A DNA stretch of 64,000 nucleotides from the human T2T-CHM13v2.0 reference genome, Homo sapiens (GCF_009914755.1 NC_060926.1); one strand, 5' to 3'; shown: positions 19,433 through 37,934, counted from the stretch's first letter. Notes: generated by a model not told the origin, from the sequence alone. Numbers and translations: made by a program.

Positions 19433-20384
19433 CTAGAATGACTGCTTAAAGAAGGAACTCAGGATTAACACTGTGGGATTTTCTTTTATGTCTTGTAGTT
19501 CTCTTATTATAGAGTTTTCACTATTATATATAGTAATGTATCAGGTACATAATTATATATAATATCTCTAATATACATACATACATATATCTGAAAAGTA
19601 GCCTCTGAATTTTTATTTTTGAAACAGTAGACTTTAAGCCGTGTTTTAAGTTGTCCTCAATTACACCTTAATACTAAGTGATTAATCTCTTACAGTTTGG
19701 TGCATGATAATTACAGTACTCTGATGGGATTGATATTTAGTGTAAACTAGCGCACTGCTCAAGGAATGAGTGTACTTTTTAGTTAATTTCATCTTTTCTG
19801 ACTTACCTGTTAGAGTAACCTATTGACACTGTAAGGTGGCAGCTAGGGGTGTTTAATGGTGATTTAGTCTGTGTTTTGAAAGTTGACAATTCTTTAGGCA
19901 GTTGTTGGGTATTCACTGTACAGATTGTTTTAAGAGCTTCATAAAGATGATGTTTTAATATTTTTTGGTTCAGGGCTCTGTGTTTCTGTAATTTACTATC
20001 TTTCCTAATACCCCCTTTCAAGAGTCGTGATTTGTAATAACTGCATGGTGTTAAGTGTAAAAGTTAACACAGATAAACTGATGAATATTGATGTTGGCTG
20101 GTTTACTAATAACCAGAATTTGAATTAAGGCCATTTCTGAGATAGCATTCCTTCTGGAGGAACAAAAGATTAGGCCAGTATTTTATGTCAAAATAGAGAT
20201 TTTACATTCAACACTTTGCATTTTTTGAACTAGAAGACAAGGTTAGAGTTAAGTATTCTCAGGATTTTCTTCAGAAATTAAAGGTGTTTTTTTAAGGAAT
20301 ATATGTGACATTTGGTACATTAGTTTAATAGCATTTTGAATGTGTACTTTACCTATACCTATAATGCTAAAACGTATTGTAATT

Positions 20385-21207
<823 letters not shown>

Positions 21208-22027
21208 TTAAAACCTAAACAATAAAAAGTGGAGCATATCAGGATGCTGGCATTGTATGTTTTTCTTGTTCAATTAAAATTATTTTTAATAATAGTTTGA
21301 ATGAAAATGGTTGATTAAACCCTAAATATTGGTTCTTTTTAATTTATTTGCCTGTATAATGTTAAGTAGTTCTTTATTTTATTTCAGAGGAATTGTTTAA
21401 GAGGCTTATTTCCTCTACTTGCCTACTATCATATTAGGCAGAAGAAAAAAACTTAGTATTCACCCATCAAGGACTTGCACTCTAGGTGAGATCCATTCCC
21501 TGGGCTAGTGTTTGAAAATTCCTGTAACCATAAACGTTTTATTTTTTTAGATGCCCTTAGGCTGGCAATATTCAATCGCTTTGTGATTGAAACCCCTTTC
21601 TTTCTGGCAGAAAAAAATATACCAGATTATCATTAATTCTATCCCCAAAGCCTTAGATTCTGGCTTACTTCTTTAGTTTTATAATTTAGTCATTTTTGTA
21701 TGTAATATTTTTGGGGTTTAGGCCTATAAAGAGTGGGAGGAAATAGTTTCCTAAGGACCAAGACAGAAAAAGAGACTTGAAAAGTAGCAAAGGGTATATA
21801 TCAGGTGCAAGCAATGTTGCACACGGGCCAAAGACAACCTGTGAAAAGATGTTTATTGATGCACAGACTCCAAGCCTCATTCCATACCGATTGTGAGGAC
21901 TCAAAATTTGGTGAAAATCAATTTTAGAAATGTTCTGATTGACGACTTAGGCAGATACAAAACAAAATTATTTCATGCATTCCTTTTGTTCTACCAATTA
22001 AATTTTGATTAGTACAATATTTGGTTC

Positions 22028-25020
<2,993 letters not shown>

Positions 25021-28000
25021 GATTTTTCTGAAATTTTCTTAATTATTGATGGATGTACTTTTCTACTGTCTTTTCAAGATGATTTGGTATCCACTTTCGT
25101 AGATTAGGGCAATGTCTTGGTGATAAAATGGCATTACCAAAAGAAGCCCCCTGCTCCCACACACACAGTATTATTTTCCATTTCCTGCATTTTATTGTGG
25201 TTTAATGTACCCTATATTTCTAATATCTTTAGCTCCTTTGTCAAGAAGAGATGGTTAAAGGATTTATGCAGCAGTACTTGATATTTAAAGAGTAAGCAAA
25301 AACACTCCCCATTTATGAGTATTGTTCAACATTTTATTTTAGACTGTTAGAAAAGACAGAACTTGAAAGTAACTCTCAGTTACCTCCACTAATAAAGGGA
25401 TTTCTGGCGTGGATAACATAATACTTTAAATCTGTACATACATATTGTTTTTACTTGAATTTAAATATTATTATCTATTGTGAAAATTCATTCTGTTACC
25501 CACAAAATAGTCACTCTGTGAAGATGGGACCCTTTAGCATTTACAAGTTAGTTCTGGTGAAATTTATCTCCTGCTGGTCATTCCAGCTGGTATTATCTTA
25601 AGATGAAATTAAAATATAGCCATAGTAGTTTTACTTTTGAATAAATATGGTATTTCATAGCTTCCTTCAAGCAGGAACAAAGCCTTTTTTTTATATCTGA
25701 TCTTTTGTGCAGACTTTTTCTGCTGTACTCCAATAAGCAAAAATCGTATTTAGTGTAGTTGGTATTTGATGGTTTCACCAAAAATTTGAGAGAGAAACTT
25801 ATTGTGAATAAAAAAATCTTATTTGCTGCCAGGGCATGACACAAATGACTCTATGTTCAGTGTAAAGTGTTCTGGATATTTAACTTCTCTTTGAACAGCA
25901 TTGAAGCAAGCATCTTTTATTGCCGTTTTTCCTAGCTATCTCAAAGTTTCTTCCTAATGGAAAGTTGTTCATCATAGTTTTAAATAACTGAAGTCACTTG
26001 TACAAGTACCCCACTTCCTTTTTATATACCTAAGCAATGGGAGATCACTTGATTTACATCTTTCAAGGCATATTTTCTACCAGACTCTTTTATTTTAACC
26101 CCCATAAGCTGGATCTTCTAGCACTTTAGTTAAAAAAAATTTCAGTTCCAGCCCTCCTACTTTGATTTCTGTTGAAAAACACTCTTTTACCTCTGCTTCT
26201 TATACCTAAAAATGAAAAAGTCCTGATTTCTTAGCCAGATAGCATTTGTTATACCCATATATTTCTTTAAACATTCCTGTTTTTGATGGTGGTAAACAAG
26301 TTCAGTTGTTTGTCAGTCTTTTTTCACACAGATAGGCAAATATTTATTTTAACATCTCTTCTTTGACTGGCTCAGTTGGGTTGTCCCCTGGTAAACTGCT
26401 GAAACATATTATTTGTGGCAACTCTATTTAACAGTAGCATGCAGTACCTTCCGTATGTCTGGTGATGTTTAATTTGGCCTAAAAATTAGTATATTTGTGT
26501 CTAGTATAGAAATCAAGGTTTTATTTTTAAAGGCTTCTTATAACTATTTTAAGTATTCCCTTCTTTCATGCTCACTTATGCTACCAAAATATTTTTCTTT
26601 CAACATTCATTTAAATCATTCAAAATTAAACTGGTACTTCCACTTAGAGATTAAGTAAAAACAAAAGGGGATCATAGAGTTAAAAACTAAGCTTTAAATT
26701 AATCACAGAAAACATTTATAGTACGGAGATCTTCGCCCGTTTACTGGTGCATTTCAAGAATTATTTTTGTGCATCCTGGAGATACTAGAAGCAGTTTCCC
26801 ACAGTAATATTTTTATTTACTCTTTCAGTTTACCTCTAATCTAAACTATAATTACTGTCAAAGAGCTTTAGAACTGAGGAGCACAGTGTGATCAGTGCTT
26901 TTTGGTAAATGTAGAAGTTTCATTCTCTTATAGTTTTAGAATCTTCTTCTGCAGTGCTAATTCTTAATAGTTGTGAATCTACATTTCAGCATGTAGTCTC
27001 CAGATAACTTCTTCAAATGGCTCTCCTTTTTTAAATGTTTATTGCAACTTTGCAGTATGTTTAGCTTAGATTTAGGAGTGCAAAGGGTTAAAGGGGTCTT
27101 GTTTTATCAAGGAAATAGCTGTATTAAGCTGTTTTCAGTTTTTGGATTATAAAATACCATAATTCTGACATGGTGTATTTAGTCTTACTAATACTCAACT
27201 TTATTTGGGCGGTAGATACTGGTAGAGGCAGTTCAATATAATTGAATGTTGAGGTATGGGTTTGCTTTTTTGTTTTGTTTTCAGGAGAAAGATTTGCCCA
27301 TTTTGCTCACATCCTACTTCAGATATGTGTCACAGAGCCAAAATTTGTTTAACTAATTAGCTATTTAGTTGGAATTCACAGCATAGTGGAAAATGTTTGC
27401 AGATAATTCTGTGCAATAGTGGAAACTTCAGTTGCTTCCTCGTATTTCTTCAGGGCAGTGATCACAACCAGATTCAACGTATGCACAAAGCAGCGGATAC
27501 CATGGTAGCGGCCGTCGCTGATTGCTTTTACCATGTTGGATCCATTGTCAGTCTCAAAGACCTACTTCCAGCTAGGTGCCTTGAACTCAAATAGCTTTTC
27601 ACACAGACTTCAGGATGTGAGCTAAGGTATGGCCTTTTTTCATGAGCTGGGCCTACATATGGGTTGACAGTAACCTGCAACTTTTATAGAAAAGAGACTA
27701 CTGGCTATAGTTTAATGTCAGACAATGACTAGTTAGAATCATTGATAGGCAGGTAGTGTGTGTTCTTCATATATTCAAAGTATTCTCACCATTTAGAGAT
27801 TTTCTTTTTTTCGGTGTGTTTTTGTCAGACTATTCAAGTAAAGATTTCTCATTAGAACCTGGTCAAAGGTCTAATATATATCTGCTTTATGATTCAACCA
27901 TTGTCTTCAATATGAAATATATATCATTTCTTTCACACATTTGATGTAAAGAATTTTTTTAAACTTCTGAGGATTCTTGCACAATTATTTTTCTTTTACT

Positions 28001-29190
28001 TTTTCTTAATTATGGTAAAAAAATAAAATTTATCATCCTAACCTTGTGTACTATTTTAATAATCTCTTACTAATCTTCTTTTTAAAAGTGGATTTAGGAA
28101 ATTGGCATGAATAGAGCTTGAGATTTAGAATCAGTAGTTCCAAGGGTAATCTACACACTGGGGTGGTAAATACAATAAAGACCTAAACTGGATTGATGCA
28201 GTTCATGCTCCATGCTAAAGATTCTTGTTTCATCAAAGAGAAAATAACCTTTCTGGAAAAAGAGCTTCACTTTCATATCTTCCTTCTCTGCAAGATATGT
28301 TTCTTTAAGTGAAATCTTTATTGAGAGTACAGTGGGTTAACTCATTGATTATAGGCTTAGGAAACTATATTTTATTATGGCTGTAATCATAACTGCTTTC
28401 TGAAACAAGTTACTGTTGTTTTCTTATTCAGTGGCCCTGTTACTTAATAATTTGTCAAGACCTGGTAATAGAGAATCATTTACAACTGGGGAGTAAGAGT
28501 CTTTGTAAATTCAAAGTGGGTACTGTCAAGCAGCTTATGCACTTCTCTTCATTCTCAGTGTTTGACACTGATTGTTATTAGCTATTGACAAATGCAGAAG
28601 TTGGTAATCTGTTTGAGTTACTCTACCAGAATCATGTCTTTATTAAGAAGTGACTCACTGTTAAACTACAGTCTCACCTTAATTTCATAGCTGTAAAAGA
28701 CACAGTATAGTAGTTGACTCGAGCAGTAAAATTCTCTGATATTTCAGTCTTCAGACGTACACTATACTCTCCTTATATATGCAAAAACATATATTCAGAT
28801 ACATGTACATAGACGACAGTTGATGACTGAAATGGTGTACAGTATAACATCTGCCAAGTCATTTCCTGAGTGGTAAAGGAAAGTGGCCATGTGTTCTCTG
28901 ACTTCTTATAACTCAGGGAAGATAAGAAGAGAGCACAGGAAAAAAGGCAGCCATTCAGTGACATATTATACCTCTTCAGTTAAGTCAGGTGACATAAGTT
29001 TTTACCTTCTAGTTAAAGATATCTGTAGAAACTAGTTTTTGTTTACACATTGTAGGAACCAAATTCAAAACACATGCATGATACTATTTTCATTTATTCT
29101 TCCTACCCACTTGAGTGGCTTCTGAGTTTACTGTTTATCTACCTTGAGTTAAGGATTGAATAGCTTCTGAGCAGATTTTTGTTTTTGTGA

Positions 29191-29542
<352 letters not shown>

Positions 29543-30562
29543 TATTTGTTAAGGATTCTTCTACTGTCTGTTACTCTTTTTATAGTTCTCTAAGGCTCCA
29601 TGACCACTTTGCGAGATAGTATTTTAATGTAATGACCAAGTCCCTTTTTAGGTAGGTATACAACTAAAAAAATAAGTGATGTATAGTTTAGATCATACCT
29701 TAGCATAAATATTTTAAACACTTTTATTTATATACGATTTTAGTTTGTTTCAAATGATCTATTTAAAGAATTATAAAGATGTAGATTTTTGAAATTCTAA
29801 GCAGTAGTGTAAAGATGTTTGTGATGTCAATAATGTGCTGAGAGTTGGAATAGAGAAAAGGAAATAATGTTTAGTTGTGTTTTCAGTGACTCTTGTATTA
29901 AACTACTAGTACATTTATCTAGAAAATTTAAATAAAAATGTAATGTCCTATATACTTAAACCTTGCTGTAATACATCCTATTGTGATAACAATGTGAAAT
30001 GAAATTGGGTACATTTTAGATCCTGATAGGAAATAACAGAATAATATCTTTAAAATGAATATGCCCTAAAACTTAGTGTCTCATTAAAAGATCCAATGTA
30101 TAGAAACACATTGTATTAAGACACCCAGTAATGAACCTACATTTTACTCTAAAATATGTTTTTTTTTCTTGGAAATTTAATTCTGAGTGAAATACAAATA
30201 GTATTAAAATTTAAAAACTGCTTGTGGTCCTTTAATTCTCAAATATTTTAGGTGTAGAAGTGATTTCTGTCTCTGAATATTTATAATTATGTGTGTTTTT
30301 AAAAGTGTGTCTCTGAGGACATCAGGTATCTGGATCTTTTACAGTATGACATTTATATAATGTCTGTCTCTTCTCTGATTTTATATTAGAAGGGAAAACC
30401 TACCCATAACTTTACTAGCCAGTGGCTTCAAAAGCAAGTTAATATAGATCATGTGTGTGACAAATGAAATGCACACACTCATTTGTATATTGATTTATGG
30501 AGGTGTTTTAGTCCTAAAATCTTAATTTTCCTTGCTTTTCTTTCCATATTAAAAAAATTCAG

Positions 30563-30708
30563 ATCTAAAAGGGAAAATGTTAAAACAGGAGTAAAACCAG
30601 ATGCGTCTGATCAAGAACCAGAAGGACTTACTCTTTTGGTACCAGACATCCAAAAGACTGCTGAGATAGTTTATGCAGCCACCACCAGTTTGCGGCAAGC
30701 AAATCAGG
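30563..30708 (+). CDS. BIRC6: BIRC6 exon 67, (R)SKRENVKTGVKPDASDQEPEGLTLLVPDIQKTAEIVYAATTSLRQANQ
   Basis: Acceptor TTCAG| ending 30562; donor AGG|GTACAA; 146 nt, phase 2 to 1, frame-compatible with both neighbours. Confidence 0.95.
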
Positions 30709-31058
30709 GTACAAAACTTTTCCTATTATGCCACTTTTCATTTGATGTAAAGATGTTTCATTTACTTACTGAAACCTGCCTTTGTGTTTTTGCTTTATGT
30801 TAATGATTTTAAAGCAAGTTCATTTACCTAAAAATTTTGTTCTCTGTTAGATTTTGTTCTTTATCTGATTTCAATCATGTATAGTCTAATTTTTAAACAT
30901 TTCTACTATATATGATTGCTAAATTTAGTAGGCTGAGAACATACATTATAAATATTTCTTCCCCCTGAAATTCATGAAATTGAAAAAATGCCTTTATATT
31001 AGATAGAAAATAGTACATTAAGACTATGGGTGAGAATTTAGTTTAAATTGATATCTCT

Positions 31059-31392
31059 GGCTGGCGCAGTGACTCACGCCTTTAACCCCCCCAGCACTTT
31101 GGGAGGACTAAATGGATAGATCACTTGAGCTCAGGAGTTCAAGATCAGCTTGGGCAACATGGTGAAACCCCGTCTCTACGAAATACAGGAAACATTAGGT
31201 GGGCATAATGGCGTGTGCCTGTGGTCCCGGCTACCTGGAAGGCTGAAGTGGGAGAATTACCTGAGCCTGGGAAGTTGAGGTTGCAATTAGCTGTAATTGC
31301 ACCACTGTACTCCAAGCCTGGGAGACAGAGTAATACTCTGTTTCCAGATAGATGGATGGATGGATGGATGGATGGATGGACGGATGGATAGA
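31059..31392 (+). mobile_element. Alu (J-like) with (GGAT)n tail microsatellite
   Basis: Alu consensus followed by GATG/GGAT repeats at about 31347-31392. Confidence 0.9.
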
Positions 31393-31681
31393 TATTTTCC
31401 TATGTTAGCTGAAGAAAGTGATCTGAATTATCTATTGTTTCACTTCCTCTTTTCATAAAGATGATTATGTTTTTGCTTTATTGTTATGTTTATGTTATTG
31501 TTATGTTTATGAAATAGAAATTTTTTATTCTCAGAGCGGTTGTAATAAGATAATTGTGAAGAAGTTGACAATTTTTTGGAATTCACAATTTGAACTCTAG
31601 AGGTGAATTCTTTTTAGTTTTATTTTTTAAAATATATACTTAAAATGTATATGTTATTTATCTTGAAATATTAAATAACAG

Positions 31682-31792
31682 AAAAAAAACTGGGTGAATA
31701 CTCCAAGAAGGCGGCTATGAAACCCAAACCTTTGTCAGTATTAAAGTCACTTGAAGAAAAATATGTGGCTGTTATGAAGAAATTACAGTTTG
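31682..31792 (+). CDS. BIRC6: BIRC6 exon 68, (E)KKLGEYSKKAAMKPKPLSVLKSLEEKYVAVMKKLQF
   Basis: Acceptor AACAG|; donor TTG|GTAAGA; 111 nt, phase 1 to 1. Confidence 0.94.
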
Positions 31793-32849
31793 GTAAGATG
31801 AAATTTTTGATTTGCTTAAGATCTCACTTTCCATTTTTTTTTAACAGTGCTATTGAAATGTGTTTTAGCAAATTAAAGATTTTTAAAATTGCTTGTAACA
31901 TGAATTTTACTTCATACATATCAACATTTTTTATCATCTTTGCCTCTTGAATTTATGTCTGTATTTTTAGTTATAAACTGTGACTTCAATAGAAGGACTG
32001 TAAGAGCCTAGAAAAAATAAATCCAAGCCAAGTGTCTACAAAACAGGCAGAAAATGTTTTTCCTTATTTACCTCTTCATTTCTGTACATCCTGGCCTGAA
32101 GGAAGCCAAGACCCAGAACTTTGAACTAAGTCTGTTACTCTTGCCATTTTAGATTTCCTTGCAATTCACCTTTAGAAAATGTAGTTATACATAGTTCAGT
32201 TCTAGCTTTTCCCATTCCAAAACTCTTGACAAGTAAGAACTGGCAAAAAGATTATATCAGTACCCTTTATATGGTTCTGATTTATGAGAAAACACATACC
32301 AAATTTTGATGACCATTATTAACTATTATTGTCTATGCTGCTTTTTCATCCTTGAGAAACAACCTAAAAATCTTGGACTGTATTTTTTTAAATGCTAAAG
32401 TAGGATTCAGAAAACAGATTTTTGTCATATTGTCTTTGAAACCTCATTATAAATCATTTAGCTTTTGCTCTACTTACTTTCAGGTTTGCCATAAAGAGCA
32501 CAAGAGATAATATATATGAAAGTGATTTATACTTTTGTTAAGAGTTTTGGTCAGTGTCTAATGATATTACAGCCTTTTGCCTGACTCAGCTTGGCAATCT
32601 AGTCTGTTAACTTCACTCTAAGTAATAATATTAACTTGGTTTTTAAATAATAAATATTTTATTGAATTTATTATTTTATTGAAAATTCCTTTGTGTATTA
32701 AAGTACTAAAACCAAATACTTTATTTCATTTATATGAATTTAATTAGCAATTACCAAGGTTTTTTATGGCTTATTTTATCAAATAGTTCTATATTATATA
32801 TTGTCACATAAATTACCCCTGTAACTTATTTGCTTTAAAAAACTGACCT

Positions 32850-33136
32850 GGCCGGGCATGGTGGCTCACGCCTGTAATCCAGCACTTTAGGAGGCCGAGG
32901 TGGGCGGTCACGAGGTCGGGAGTTTGAGACCAGCATGGCCAACATGGTGTAACTCCATCTCTATTAAAAATACAAAAATTAGCTGGGCATGGTGGCAGGC
33001 GCCTGTAACCCCAGCTACTCAGGAAGCTGAGGCAGGAGAATCATTTGAACCCGGGAGGTGGAGGTTGCAGTGAGCTGAGACACTCCAGTCTGGGCGACAG
33101 AGCAAGTCTCCATCTCAAAAAAAAAAAAAAAAAAAA
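32850..33136 (+). mobile_element. Alu
   Basis: Alu consensus with A-tail. Confidence 0.93.
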
Positions 33137-34204
33137 TCATGACCTTTATTATCTCACTCTTTACATGGGTCAGGAATTCAGAAAAAGCCATAGTGCCTGT
33201 TATGACCTTGTCTTAGAAAGTGTACAGCATCACTCACTAAGTCCAGCCAACACTCAAGGGGAGGGGAAGAGTGTCAGAAAAGAGTTTCCAGACATATGTT
33301 TGTGTATGTGTGTTTCTGTTGGACATAAATATTTTATTGGGCTTTAGATTTCGTTCCGCTTCCTGGGTCATCAAAAATATGTCAGCTAATGGCTTTTAAA
33401 AATACATGGCAGTGTTCTTGTACTTGAAGGCGTTTAGTCATATTTCATATCTACAAATTCTTTAACTAGTTCTTTCAATCCAGAAAGTCATTTCATGTAT
33501 ATGAATGTGTTTATGGATCCTTATGTGTGAGAGATTCTGGTTTAAAGTTACTACCTGTCAGAAATTTAGAATCATATGTCCAGACCCCTTCATTAATGTT
33601 AGCTAGCTAGAAGAGTTCTCTCATACTACATAAAATCATAAACTCTCCAAGTATGTGACTTTAAACATAATCAAGTTTGCTCCCCATTGGCTTTCAAAAT
33701 AAGTCTGAAAACATGCAAGTTTTCAGTTGATGCTTTCATAAGAAACTGCATTTTCAACCATATGTATCAAACATTTTCTAGTATCATTCTTTTACAACTT
33801 GATACTTACTAACTGCCTAAAATTCCATAATATGATTGGCTGCCATTTGTTTAACCAGTAAGTGGAACTTTAGTTTGTTTCCAGTATTTAAATATCATAT
33901 GCAACATCTCAGTGGCTTTCATTACCTGTAAATATTTGTGCATATCCAGGATTAATTCTGTAGGATGAATTAACAGAAGAGAAATGATTGATTAAAACAG
34001 GCTGTGCATGTTTTATCAAGTAGCCATTGTCTTTGATTGAATCATTTATTTAATGAAATCTTTGAGTTAATAGACCCTGTCCTCTATATGATATAAAATT
34101 TTCCCACTGGGCATAGTAATGGGCCCATTTCTTGCATCTGTTAGATTGTTTTTTATAAAAGTTAAAGAAAATGTATCCCTATAGCATGTGAAAGACAAGA
34201 GTCC

Positions 34205-34240
34205 ATCCATCTGGCAGTGCTAATCCATCTGGCAGTGCTA
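34205..34240 (+). repeat. Perfect 18-bp tandem duplication
   Basis: ATCCATCTGGCAGTGCTA twice. Confidence 0.95.
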
Positions 34241-34397
34241 ATATATAGGTGTTATGTAAACATTTACACTTTTGCTATTCTTCCATGGTTGGAAGTTCTC
34301 TCCAGTTGAGTGGGAGAAGGACTAGTGATTGTTTGTGATTTTTGTCATTATAACAATTTTTTGCAGTTCTGGGTTTTATTTTTTCTTCTCCTTTTAG

Positions 34398-34615
34398 ATA
34401 CGTTTGAAATGGTTTCTGAAGATGAAGATGGGAAATTGGGATTTAAAGTAAATTACCACTACATGTCTCAGGTGAAAAATGCTAATGATGCGAACAGTGC
34501 TGCCAGAGCTCGCCGCCTTGCCCAGGAAGCTGTGACGCTTTCAACCTCACTGCCTCTGTCTTCATCCTCTAGTGTGTTTGTACGCTGTGATGAGGAGCGA
34601 CTTGATATCATGAAG
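34398..34615 (+). CDS. BIRC6: BIRC6 exon 69, (D)TFEMVSEDEDGKLGFKVNYHYMSQVKNANDANSAARARRLAQEAVTLSTSLPLSSSSSVFVRCDEERLDIMK (start of UBC domain)
   Basis: Strong polypyrimidine tract plus TAG; donor AAG|GTAAAA; 218 nt, phase 1 to 0; RRLAQE helix typical of an E2 N-terminus. Confidence 0.96.
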
Positions 34616-35396
34616 GTAAAAAATAATGATAATAAAGCACTCTCCCTTATCTCCTTGGCTCATCTAATTACTCAAATTTTTATACAAAACTGGAAATACT
34701 ATACAAATAAATTATACAAAACACTAGAAATTTTGGTGACCATTTTTAGACGGCAGTGAAAGGAGCCTCCCCACCCCTCCCCCCCTTTTTTTTTTGGCGA
34801 CAGGATCTCACTTTTGCCCAAGCTGGAGTACAGTGATGTGATCACAGCTCACTGCAGCCTCCACAAAGAGCCCTTTTCTAATGTTAGTTCAGAGTGTGTG
34901 GATCACGCTGCTGTTGAAAAAAACATTTAGAAAATATCAAAAGAGCCATCATCCTTGAGCAAAGATTGTGTGAAGCTGGTCACAATATCAAAGGATTTAA
35001 TGCTGATCAGTTAAAAAATGTTACAGGATTTCCATTTTGTCATCCAAGATACTTCTCTCATGTTTTTTAGTGTCACTCTTCAAAACTTAGTCATTTTCTG
35101 TCTTTTCTAGGAAATTTATGTTTTTTTTAAATTCCTAACATCTGTGAATTATAGGTAATACAATAATATATAATCTCTACTTTTATGTTTAACACGTGAT
35201 AATCTGGCCTTAAATTCCAAGAGTCTGCTGCATCAAGAAAATGTTAAACATTTAACCCGAAAAAGAAAACTTTCTTTATATTTATGATTTAATTCATGGG
35301 TTAAACATTCTGTCTTCCATAGATACGCAGCTAAAACTATTGGCCCATTGACTTGTAGAAAGTTTTATTTGTTTGCTTGCTTCTTTTGATTTTTTG

Positions 35397-36290
<894 letters not shown>

Positions 36291-36386
36291 ACGAAGGTTG
36301 TTCTTATTTCATGTTGGATTGTATTTTTCTAAATATCAGTGTTTAGGAATGTTAACATAGACTTTTGTATGTTTATATATATCCAG

Positions 36387-36548
36387 GTTCTAATAACTGG
36401 TCCAGCGGACACCCCTTATGCAAATGGCTGCTTTGAGTTTGATGTGTATTTTCCTCAAGATTATCCCAGTTCACCCCCTCTTGTGAATCTAGAGACAACT
36501 GGTGGTCATAGCGTGCGATTCAATCCAAACCTTTATAATGATGGCAAG
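36387..36548 (+). CDS. BIRC6: BIRC6 exon 70, [54 protein letters not shown] (UBC core)
   Basis: CAG| acceptor; AAG|GTAAAT donor; 162 nt; E2 motifs GPxDTPY, YPxxPP and NPN (in place of canonical HPN). Confidence 0.97.
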
Positions 36549-37541
36549 GTAAATTAATTGCAATTTTTTGTTTCAAATGCCAATGATTGTATACAAAGGT
36601 TCTTTGTAATTTGAAGAAAAATTTTGTTTTAGTTATCTGCTAAGAGGGCATGGGTTTCTTTGTACTTCTCTTCCCTACGTCCAGATTAGCTTAAGCAATA
36701 GAAGGAACTGAAAAGAGCAGAAACAGTTAAGTGTTAATTAAGAAGCACTTACAGTCTTAAGAAGTTACTCGGGGACTTAACGTAAAGTTCTATGATACAT
36801 GCTATTAGGAACTTATTTTAAGGTGTACCTTATATTCAAGTGTTTTTACATTTTCTTATATTAAAAGTAGGAAGATGCATTTCCATTTACAAAAAAGCTG
36901 ACCAAAAGACATAATAAAAATCATCTCATATGACCATAAACCTTTTAAAATTAGATTTAAAAGAGTAATCTGTTTTTCAGAGGTATTTTGGATACTTTGA
37001 TAGAATTTCAATGGTAAATTCTGTGCTGAGTATTCAATGTTTTAAAATCTAGAAGAGAAGAATTTCAAAAGGTACAGCCTGCCTCAGATATGTGGCAGAT
37101 ATGTGGTTGCAAATTATCATTAGCTCAAATCATAAAACTAGAATTAGTTTTTTGGGTTTGTTGCAAAAGATTTGACCAGAGGCAGAACTTTCTTTGGAAG
37201 AACAAAGAACAGGTTTTCTGTAGCTGAGTAGGGAAGAGGAAATAGCAACATTGACTTTACTTGAGACACTGGAACTTGAATAGAGTGTAAGTGTAAAATA
37301 TTAAGATGTATTTAAGAAAATAATTCTCAAGGCTTCGTTGCATAGAGAAGAGGGTAAGGGCTTGGGAATCTTAAATTAATGGTCTTTTACCATCATACTT
37401 ACCGATGTGTTCCTTGATACACACAATTGTGGACTTATTTTTAAAGTTTACACACTGTTAGCATTTAATCTTAGGTCCTATATCTACAGATAGGTATGAG
37501 GCTACATATCTGCCATTGTTAGTCCCAAGAATGCTCTAAAG

Positions 37542-37760
37542 CAGGGCTGTCCAATGTTTTGGCTTCCCTGGGCCACTTTGGAAGAAGAATAATTGTCTTG
37601 GGCCACACAAAAATTCGCTAACACAAACAATATAGCTAATGAACTTTAAAGAAAAATAGCAAAAAAATCTCATAATATTTTTAAAAACTTTACGATTTTG
37701 TTTTGGGCTGCATTCAAAGCCATCCTGGGCCGCATGTGGCCTGCGGGTTGCACAAGCTTG
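37542..37760. mobile_element. MER30 DNA transposon
   Basis: CAGGGCTGTCCAATGTTTTGGCTTCCCTGGGCCAC...GGGTTGCACAAGCTTG matches the MER30 ends. Confidence 0.85.
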
Positions 37761-37934
37761 CACTAAAGGTCAAATGGTATATGTATGACAGCACTTTGAA
37801 TAATACACAAGACTTCACAGATACAACTCATTAAATTATTAATCAACTACCTGTTGAATGAATTAACGTATTTTGCGTTCTTGCTTTCACAGAGCATTGA
37901 AAGAGTAGTAAGGAGACAGACCTTTCTGCATTTA

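Noticed and set aside
19801-19809. ACTTACCTG, identical to the U1 snRNA 5' end and a perfect minus-strand donor
   Set aside because: Similar 8-9-mers occur elsewhere (17221, 42194, 62484) and no partner antisense exon is evident.
27397-27594. 65-aa ORF overlapping the candidate cassette exon
   Set aside because: It has a non-ATG start and its frame (phase 0) does not match exon 66 (phase 2).
36520-36548. NPN instead of HPN before the catalytic cysteine
   Set aside because: A known feature of BIRC6-type E2 domains, not a lesion.
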